From: Comamonas sp. lk
Lineage (GTDB): Bacteria; Pseudomonadota; Gammaproteobacteria; Burkholderiales; Burkholderiaceae_C
Direction: 5' to 3'
DNA: 64,000 nt
NCBI GenBank assembly: GCA_945925985.1
Contig: CAMELV010000009.1
Coordinates: 2,569-66,568 of the forward strand
The position numbers were made by a program, and so were the translations under genes. The first letter of the stretch is position 1, and the number at the start of each line of letters is the position of its first letter. Shown piece after piece: positions 57,655 to 64,000 of this stretch. Under the pieces are notes generated by a model that was given only the letters and a program-made list of their open reading frames with translations, was not told the DNA's origin and did not search any database.

Positions 57655-58059
57655 ATGCAACTGGTGGACACCAACATCTTGAGCGAGCTAATGCGCGCCC
57701 AGCCTGACGCTGGCGTGATGGCCTGGCTCCACCGGCAAGAGCTCGTCAGCCCACGCCTCACCATCTCTGTAGTGACCGTGGATGAAATTATCTATGGCTT
57801 AAGTTGGCATCCAACCGCAAGGTTGTTAGCCTGGTTTGATGCCTTTGTGGAGCGGCACGAGGTCTTGCCGATCACAACCGATGTGGCCCGATGTGCCGGT
57901 GCCTTGCGCGGCCAACTGCAGTTGCGTGGCCAGACGCGATCCCAGGCTGACATGCTGATCGCTGCTACCGCTCAAATTCATGCCCTGACCATCGTCACGC
58001 GCAATGTGCGCGACTTTGATGGCTGTGGCGTGGCGGTCTTGAACCCGTTTGCCTACTAA
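57655..58059 (+). CDS. vapC: PIN-domain toxin VapC
   Basis: MQLVDTNILSEL...ADMLIAATA...TRNVRDF places all four acidic PIN positions. Confidence 0.85.
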   Translation: MQLVDTNILSELMRAQPDAGVMAWLHRQELVSPRLTISVVTVDEIIYGLSWHPTARLLAWFDAFVERHEVLPITTDVARCAGALRGQLQLRGQTRSQADMLIAATAQIHALTIVTRNVRDFDGCGVAVLNPFAY

Positions 58060-58082
58060 CTAGGGTTTAGGGTTGAAAGCGG

Positions 58083-59096
58083 CTAGATCGCCCTGCCGAT
58101 CTCGGTGATTTTGGCCAGCGGCAGCGGCAGACCTTCGGCGATGGCGACATGCTCGAGAGCGGTTTCAAACAGCATGCGCGCGGCACCCGCAACCTGCTGC
58201 AAATAAGCGTGCAATTTCGCGTCGGCAGCGCTCCTGTTGGCACATTCGCCGCTGTAGGTTTCAAAGTTGGAAACTTGGAGCAGCAACTGCGCCAGATGGC
58301 TGGGGCACTCACAAGCTACTGCGGACGACAACCCGGCAAATTCCGTCAAGGCAGCACCGTCAAACCGGGGTGACGATATGGTTGGGTCGGTCTTGCCCGC
58401 CGGTGCATTGGCAACTTGAAACGAAGCCAGCCACTGGCCCAAGGAATCGTCGTCTGAGGGCTCATGCAATAGGGCAACGCCAGAGCCAGTTAACTCTGCA
58501 CGCCCCTCAGCACTGCTGTAGCGGTAAACCACTGCTGTCGCACGGGCTCGACAGGCGTCTTGGGCAATGCGCAGTTCTTGCCGTGCGCCAGGCTGCAAAC
58601 TTGCCGCCTGCCACAGCAGCAGGTCGACAGCGGGCCTAGCCGAATTATCTGCGGCTTGCGTTGCTTCGGCCAAGGTATCAAACGCTGCCACGATCTGCAG
58701 CGCTGGCGCCCAGGGCTGGCGATCGCACAAGCGCTGCAGACGGCGTGCCAAGGCTTGACCCACCACGATAGCCCTCAATGCGGTTTGCCGCGGTGCTTCA
58801 GGTGGGTGCATCAGCTCGTGCAGTTGTGTGGTCTCCAGCGCCGCCAGCAAGCGAATGGCATGTCCCTGCTCTGTGAGCCGGCGCAGCAAGATGACGCGCT
58901 CAACATCTGCTGCCAAATACAGCCTGTGCCCAGACTCGGCGGTGGTGGGGCGGGTCGCCTGGTACCGCTGCTCCCAAATGCGCAAAGTCGCCACGGGCAT
59001 GCCTGCTAGGCGTGCAACTGCACCACTGCGAAAGGTCGGCCGAATCTGGTTGGTCTGCGGTGCAGGCGATTGAGAAGCAGGCTCAGAGAAAGTCAT
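58083..59096 (-). CDS. MerR-family regulator with ~220-aa C-terminal domain of unknown function (LitR-like by context)
   Basis: The MerR HTH reads AVARLAGMPVATLRIWEQRY. The C-terminal region carries CECPSH...C, and I could not find a B12-binding motif. Confidence 0.7.
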   Translation of the reverse strand: MTFSEPASQSPAPQTNQIRPTFRSGAVARLAGMPVATLRIWEQRYQATRPTTAESGHRLYLAADVERVILLRRLTEQGHAIRLLAALETTQLHELMHPPEAPRQTALRAIVVGQALARRLQRLCDRQPWAPALQIVAAFDTLAEATQAADNSARPAVDLLLWQAASLQPGARQELRIAQDACRARATAVVYRYSSAEGRAELTGSGVALLHEPSDDDSLGQWLASFQVANAPAGKTDPTISSPRFDGAALTEFAGLSSAVACECPSHLAQLLLQVSNFETYSGECANRSAADAKLHAYLQQVAGAARMLFETALEHVAIAEGLPLPLAKITEIGRAI

Positions 59097-59311
59097 TGTT
59101 CACAATTTGAGTTGTTAATGAGTTTGATTGTGACCCTGATCTTGGCAGTTTTGAGTTTGTAATTGGTGATTTTGAGTTAACATCAATTGCCAAAAATAAC
59201 TCGCTGCGCTGAAACCGGGCTTTTTTTGAATCGGCTGCCCCGACGCTTTGGTAACTGCAAGCTCCGGAGGCTTTACTGAAACTTACTGACCTGTTTTGAA
59301 ACGGAATTCCC

Positions 59312-59614
59312 ATGAACAACAATCGACGCACCTTCTTCATGACGCTGGCCGCTGGTGGCTCACTTTTGGCCACAAGGGCTCACGGCCAAGCCAAGGCTGA
59401 CGAGAAAGACCCTCAATCCGTGGCACTGGGCTATGTGGCTGATGCCACCAAGACCGACACCAAAAAGTACCCTAAGTACGCTGCCGGTCAAGTTTGTACA
59501 AACTGCGCCTTGTACCAAGGCAAGGCCAGCGATGCCTGGGGCGGTTGCCCATTGTTTGCCGGTAAGCAAGTTGCTGGCAAAGGCTGGTGCAGCGCCTACG
59601 CCAAGAAAGGCTGA
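59312..59614 (+). CDS. High-potential iron-sulfur protein (HiPIP)
   Basis: The Tat signal is NRRTFF. The Cys pattern is C..C...GGC...GWC. Confidence 0.85.
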   Translation: MNNNRRTFFMTLAAGGSLLATRAHGQAKADEKDPQSVALGYVADATKTDTKKYPKYAAGQVCTNCALYQGKASDAWGGCPLFAGKQVAGKGWCSAYAKKG

Positions 59615-60009
59615 TGCTTACTGACGCGGCTGTCACGCCTGCCTGGGTTTGGGCTGACCTCCGGACAGACCATGCTGGGGAGGCAGGCGCGGTCTGCATT
59701 TACAAAGGGGTGCTGCGATTTGCGCGCGACCCCGCGCTCCGAGTCTTTGCCCAGCACCACCTGGCCACCGAACAAAAGCACCTGCGACTGATCGAGGGCT
59801 GGTTACCTCCGGCGCAGTACAGCCGCTTGCTGCCATTGTGGCGACTGGCCGGGTTTCTAACCGGAGCCTTGCCTGCACTATTTGGGCCCAGGGCGGTCTA
59901 CGCAACGATCGAGGCGGTAGAGACCTTTGTCGACCACCACTACGAGCAACAGGTGTGCGCGCTGGCTTCACAGCCGCGCGCTGCGGTGGCCTTGATCCGC
60001 TACGTTTGA
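59614..60009 (+). CDS. Coq7-like di-iron hydroxylase family protein, short form (4th helix absent)
   Basis: RTDHAGEAGAVCIYKG, TEQKH and IEAVETFVDHHYEQQ match helices 1-3 of Coq7. The ORF stops before the second ExxH. The start ATG overlaps the HiPIP stop. Confidence 0.55.
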   Translation: MLTDAAVTPAWVWADLRTDHAGEAGAVCIYKGVLRFARDPALRVFAQHHLATEQKHLRLIEGWLPPAQYSRLLPLWRLAGFLTGALPALFGPRAVYATIEAVETFVDHHYEQQVCALASQPRAAVALIRYV

Positions 60010-60020
60010 GCGACAGACGC

Positions 60021-60782
60021 ATGACCGCCATCGCTGCCGAGATCGAACGCTTCAACCGCCTCAGCGCGACCTGGTGGGACAGCCGTGGGCCTATGCGGCC
60101 CTTGCACGTTATCAACGCATTAAGGCTTGACTACGTTGTCGAACAAGTCGCCTCGCATTTGGGCAGGGACACCGCTATCGCGCTGAACGGACTCCGAATT
60201 TTGGACGTTGGATGCGGCGGTGGCTTGATGTCGGAAGCGCTGGCACGCCTAGGTGCGCAGGTCGTGGGCGTGGACGCTTCGCGGGGTAATGTTGCCGCCG
60301 CTCGCCTGCACGCTCAATCGCAAAACGTCATGGTTGACTATCGGCTCGGCGAGCCCGCCGAGGTTCTGGCGCCAGAAGAACGTTTTGATGTGGTGCTGGC
60401 GCTTGAGGTGGTCGAGCACGTGAGCGACGTGCCCGCATTTTTGGGTTGTGCCGCTGCCCTTATGGCGCCAGGCAGCATACTGTTTGTCTCCACCATCGAC
60501 CGCACCTTCAAGAGCTTTGCGGTCGCTATTGTTGGAGCCGAATACCTGCTGCGAGTTTTGCCGCGAGGCACCCACCAGTGGTCGATGTTTGTACGTCCCG
60601 TGGAGTTGAGTTCAGCTTTAGCTCCTTCGCACTTACAGATACGAGATCTGCGCGGCATGCGCTATTTGCCAGTTGTGCACAAAGCCTCCTGGTGCAAGGA
60701 CACCAAGGTTAACTACATCGCCACCTTCACGCACACTGCCCATCTCAACGACGACCATTTAAAGCCACCATGCACCCTATAA
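60021..60782 (+). CDS. UbiG-like class I SAM-dependent O-methyltransferase
   Basis: WWDSRGPMRPLHVINALRLDY, LDVGCGGGLMSE, LEVVEHV and GAEYLLRVLPRGTH closely match the UbiG pattern. Confidence 0.8.
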   Translation: MTAIAAEIERFNRLSATWWDSRGPMRPLHVINALRLDYVVEQVASHLGRDTAIALNGLRILDVGCGGGLMSEALARLGAQVVGVDASRGNVAAARLHAQSQNVMVDYRLGEPAEVLAPEERFDVVLALEVVEHVSDVPAFLGCAAALMAPGSILFVSTIDRTFKSFAVAIVGAEYLLRVLPRGTHQWSMFVRPVELSSALAPSHLQIRDLRGMRYLPVVHKASWCKDTKVNYIATFTHTAHLNDDHLKPPCTL

Positions 60783-62329
60783 AACATCTGATTTTGGTGC
60801 TGGGAGACCAGCTCGACCTGCAGGCTGCGGCTTTTGATGGTTTTGACGCTGAGCAAGACGCCGTGTGGATGGCTGAAGCCCACGAAGAATCCACCCACGT
60901 CTGGTCAAGCAAGCAACGCATCGCCTTGTTTTTAAGCGCCATGCGTCACTTTGCCCAAGCGCTGCGCGATGCGGGCCGACCGCTGCACTACCACCGGATG
61001 GACGACACCAGCGCTGCTGCCTGTTTGGACAGCCTTGGGGCCAAGCTGCAGGTAGATCTGGCTAATTTGAAGCCGCAGCGTGTCGTGATGACCGCACCTG
61101 GCGACTGGCGCGTGTTCCAGCAACTCAAGGCCGTGGTCGAGGCTGCTGGCCTGACGCTTGAGGTCTGCGATGACCGCCATTTTTTCACCACGGTGCGCGA
61201 CTTTGCGGCCCATGCGAAGGGGCGCAAGTCCCTGCGCCTAGAGTACTTTTACCGCGAGCTACGGCAACGCCACAACATTCTGATGGACGACGGCAAGCCC
61301 GCCGGCGGCCAATGGAACTTTGACGCCGATAACCGCGAAGCCTTTGGCCCACAAGGCCCCGGACCGGTACCGGCGCGCGCGACCTTTCAACCGGACGCCC
61401 TCACGCAAGACGTCATTGCACTGGTTAACACCCGCTTTGCCGACCATCCCGGCACACTCGACAGCTTTGCTTGGCCAGTCACCCGCAGCCAGGCCTTGCA
61501 GACGCTGCAGCGCTTTGTTGACGAGCGCCTGCCGCTGTTCGGCCGTTACGAAGACGCTTTGTGGCCTGGCGAGCCCTGGCTCTACCACTCTCACCTGTCG
61601 TCCGCCATGAACCTCAAACTGCTGAGCGCGCACGAGGTGGTGCAGGCTGTGGAAGCGGCTTACCGGGCGGGACAAGCGCCGCTGCAAAGCGCCGAGGGCT
61701 TCATACGCCAGATACTGGGGTGGCGCGAGTACGTGCGCGGCATTTACTGGACGCAGATGCCCAGTTACGTCGAGCTCAACGCCTTGGACGCGCAGGAAGA
61801 CCTGCCAGCCTGGTTTTGGACCGGCCACACCGACATGGCCTGCTTGCGCGATGCCATCACCCAGACCCTGGAACATGGCTACGCCCACCACATCCAGCGC
61901 CTGATGGTGACCGGCCTATATGCCCTTTTGTTCGGCGTGCGTCCACAGAAGGTTCATGCCTGGTACCTGTCGGTCTATGTCGACGCGGTCGAGTGGGTCG
62001 AGCTTCCCAACACCCTGGGCATGAGCCAGTACGGCGACGGCGGGCTCATGGCAAGCAAGCCTTACGTGGCCACGGGCAAGTACATCCAGCGCATGGGTGG
62101 GCCTTGCAAAGGTTGCCGTTATGACCCGGCGCTGCGCGAGGGTGAACGCGCCTGCCCCTACACGACGCTGTATTGGGACTTTTTGATGCGGCACGAAGCA
62201 CTGCTGGCCAAGAACGCACGAATGGCTTTGCAGGTCAAAAACGTGGCTCGCATGACGCAAAGCCAAAAGGACGCCGTGACACTGCGGGCTGATGCGATCC
62301 GCCGGGGCGAGGTTGGCGTAGTCCAATGA
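60770..62329 (+). CDS. Cryptochrome/photolyase family protein of the FeS-BCP (PhrB/CryB-like, COG3046) type
   Basis: The N-terminus LILVLGDQL, the LGWREY region and a C-terminal Cys cluster (CKGC...C) are present. Confidence 0.8.
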   Translation: MHPIKHLILVLGDQLDLQAAAFDGFDAEQDAVWMAEAHEESTHVWSSKQRIALFLSAMRHFAQALRDAGRPLHYHRMDDTSAAACLDSLGAKLQVDLANLKPQRVVMTAPGDWRVFQQLKAVVEAAGLTLEVCDDRHFFTTVRDFAAHAKGRKSLRLEYFYRELRQRHNILMDDGKPAGGQWNFDADNREAFGPQGPGPVPARATFQPDALTQDVIALVNTRFADHPGTLDSFAWPVTRSQALQTLQRFVDERLPLFGRYEDALWPGEPWLYHSHLSSAMNLKLLSAHEVVQAVEAAYRAGQAPLQSAEGFIRQILGWREYVRGIYWTQMPSYVELNALDAQEDLPAWFWTGHTDMACLRDAITQTLEHGYAHHIQRLMVTGLYALLFGVRPQKVHAWYLSVYVDAVEWVELPNTLGMSQYGDGGLMASKPYVATGKYIQRMGGPCKGCRYDPALREGERACPYTTLYWDFLMRHEALLAKNARMALQVKNVARMTQSQKDAVTLRADAIRRGEVGVVQ

Positions 62330-63543
62330 CGATGCTTGATACGTTCCCGCCCACGCGCCAAGCTGCTCTGGCGCGCGTCGGTGCAGTGCGACCGAGCGAC
62401 TATGCGCGCAGCCGTAACGCCATTGAGGGCGCGGTCACGGGCCTATCGCCCTACATCACGCACGGGCTGGTCAGCCTGCCCGAGGTTCTGGCCGGTGTGA
62501 CCGTCAAGCACCCGCTCGATGTGCAGCACAAGTTCGTTTTTGAGCTGGGCTGGCGCGAATACTTTCGCCATGTCTGGGCGTTCCGGGGCGAAGAGATTTT
62601 TGAATCCCTGCGCGAGGGGATGCTCCCAGAAGCCTGCTACGCCAATACGCTGCCTGCCGACATTCGCCAGGCTGCCACCGGCCTGCCCGTTATCGACATG
62701 GCGGTGCGCACCCTGTACGCCACGGGCTATTTGCACAACCATGCCCGCATGTGGCTGGCCAGCTATGTCGTGCATGTGCGCAAGGTGCGCTGGCGGGTCG
62801 CAGCGGACTGGCTGTACGGCCACCTGCTTGACGGCGATCTGGCCAGCAACCACCTCAGCTGGCAATGGGTGGCTGGCACCGGCAGCAGCAAGCCCTACCT
62901 TTTTAATGCAGATAACGTTGCCCGCTACGCCCCAGCCTCCTGGCACAGCCCGGGCAGTGTGATCGACCAGTCCTATGAAGCTTTGGACCGTCTCGCCCGC
63001 CAGCCCGCGCGCGGCGGCCGTGCTCAGCACGAAGCGCCCTTAGCTTTAACCGATCTGGTCGAGCCGCCCCTGTGCACGGTGCCACCACCGGATCTTGACT
63101 TGGCCTCGCCCGACCCGGCGGCGGTGGCGGGCCGTGAGGTTTGGTTGGTGCACCCCTGGAACCTTGGTGAGTTGCCCGCTTCGCTGCCTGCTGACACGGT
63201 GGTGGTGGGAGTTTTTCTCAGCGACTTTCACCGCGCCTGGCCCTGGAGCGAACGACGCTGGCGTTTTGTCGAAAGCCGAATGGCTGAACTTGCCACGCTG
63301 CGATGGCATGGTGATGCGGCGGCCATTGCAGCGGCGCTCAAGGGCGCCCGTCAGGTGTACAGCGTGGATGAGCCGCATCTCCAGCCGTGGCTGGCTAGCT
63401 TGGCAAGCTGTTCGGCGTCGCCCGCGCTGTTTCCGGCACTCAGCAGGCGTTGTGACTCCTTTAGCCAGTGGTGGACACGTGCCGCTAAGGGCATGACCTC
63501 AGCCGCTGACTTGCTGGCCGCCCGACCAGCCCCCTCATGGTGA
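62326..63543 (+). CDS. Photolyase homologue with the FAD-binding domain first and an alpha/beta-like domain last
   Basis: Residues 1-235 carry photolyase FAD-domain motifs (LSPYITHG, ELGWREYF, HNHARMWLASY, LLDGDLASNHLSWQWVAGTG). See the findings for the C-terminal part. Confidence 0.7.
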   Translation: MTMLDTFPPTRQAALARVGAVRPSDYARSRNAIEGAVTGLSPYITHGLVSLPEVLAGVTVKHPLDVQHKFVFELGWREYFRHVWAFRGEEIFESLREGMLPEACYANTLPADIRQAATGLPVIDMAVRTLYATGYLHNHARMWLASYVVHVRKVRWRVAADWLYGHLLDGDLASNHLSWQWVAGTGSSKPYLFNADNVARYAPASWHSPGSVIDQSYEALDRLARQPARGGRAQHEAPLALTDLVEPPLCTVPPPDLDLASPDPAAVAGREVWLVHPWNLGELPASLPADTVVVGVFLSDFHRAWPWSERRWRFVESRMAELATLRWHGDAAAIAAALKGARQVYSVDEPHLQPWLASLASCSASPALFPALSRRCDSFSQWWTRAAKGMTSAADLLAARPAPSW

Positions 63544-63977
63544 GCCTACGAAATATGATCGATGCGAACCAGACTGAAATAAACCAGTCCGAAACAAACC
63601 AGTGCGCGCCGGCGTTGACCGTTCTTTACGACGGCGCTTGCCCGTTGTGCCGGCGCGAAATAGGCGTCTACCGCGACCTGCAACCGTTGCAGCCCGGCTC
63701 GTCCGTGTGCTTTGCCGACGTGAGTAACACAGCACTGACGCTACCTGCTGGTACCACCCGGGAGCAGTTGCTGGCGCGCTTTCATGTGATGGACCGCGAT
63801 GGTCAACTGATCAGCGGCGCGCAGGCTTTCTTGGCCTTATGGGCAGCCCTGCCTGGCTGGCGCTGGCTGGCCTTGGCGGGACGCCTACCGGGCGCTAGCT
63901 GGGTCTTGGAGCGGATGTACCGCCTTTTTCTAAAACTGCGGCCGACGCTGCAGCGCTGGGCCTCACGTCTCGACTAA
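63537..63977 (+). CDS. DCC-family thiol-disulfide oxidoreductase (DUF393)
   Basis: VLYDGACPLCRREI is the DCC motif. The start overlaps the upstream stop. Confidence 0.75.
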   Translation: MVSLRNMIDANQTEINQSETNQCAPALTVLYDGACPLCRREIGVYRDLQPLQPGSSVCFADVSNTALTLPAGTTREQLLARFHVMDRDGQLISGAQAFLALWAALPGWRWLALAGRLPGASWVLERMYRLFLKLRPTLQRWASRLD

Positions 63978-64000
63978 GTCGCGACAACAAGGCCCGCGTC

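Overview
The window is a high-GC chromosomal segment that looks betaproteobacterial (Burkholderiales/Comamonadaceae-like). That placement is inferred from protein patterns I recognise, and no database search was possible.

The backbone is housekeeping:
- mrdA-mreDCB and gatCAB
- pyrE, xth, ilvE, waaF, ampG and radA
- two OmpR-type two-component systems
- a peptide/D-amino-acid utilisation cluster at 3.3-12.6 kb: MlrC-like peptidase, Dpp-type ABC transporter, DUF1611 protein and an enolase-superfamily epimerase

Small accessory insertions punctuate this backbone:
- Six toxin-type loci: a vapBC remnant, Fic, MNT-HEPN, hipBA, a mazEF-like pair and phd-vapC. Two are visibly decayed.
- Two solitary DUF4143 AAA+ ATPase genes, each preceded by an AT-rich palindromic segment.

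I saw no rRNA, tRNA, CRISPR array, integrase or transposase.

The observations most worth a second look are:
1. A tightly coupled six-gene operon at 59.3-64.0 kb, divergent from a MerR/LitR-like regulator. It encodes HiPIP, a short Coq7-like protein, a UbiG-like protein, an FeS-type photolyase, a second photolyase homologue and a DCC protein.
2. The second photolyase homologue in that operon appears to have swapped domain order.
3. An MNT-HEPN cassette is bracketed by ~94 bp imperfect direct repeats that include the 3' end of the neighbouring gene.
4. A ~2.9 kb insertion ends at a decayed duplicate of the carboxyltransferase gene's 3' end.
5. There are three inactivating lesions: an amber codon in the MazF-like toxin, a 1-nt frameshift in a response regulator, and an internally deleted GNAT gene.
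6. A Cys-rich 57-aa ORF missing from the ORF track is coupled to the DUF3429 gene.
7. A structured, terminator-ended intergenic RNA candidate lies at 46.8-47.0 kb.

Start codons were chosen by hand from Shine-Dalgarno (SD) spacing and remembered family N-termini, so they are approximate. All alignments and mismatch counts were done by eye.
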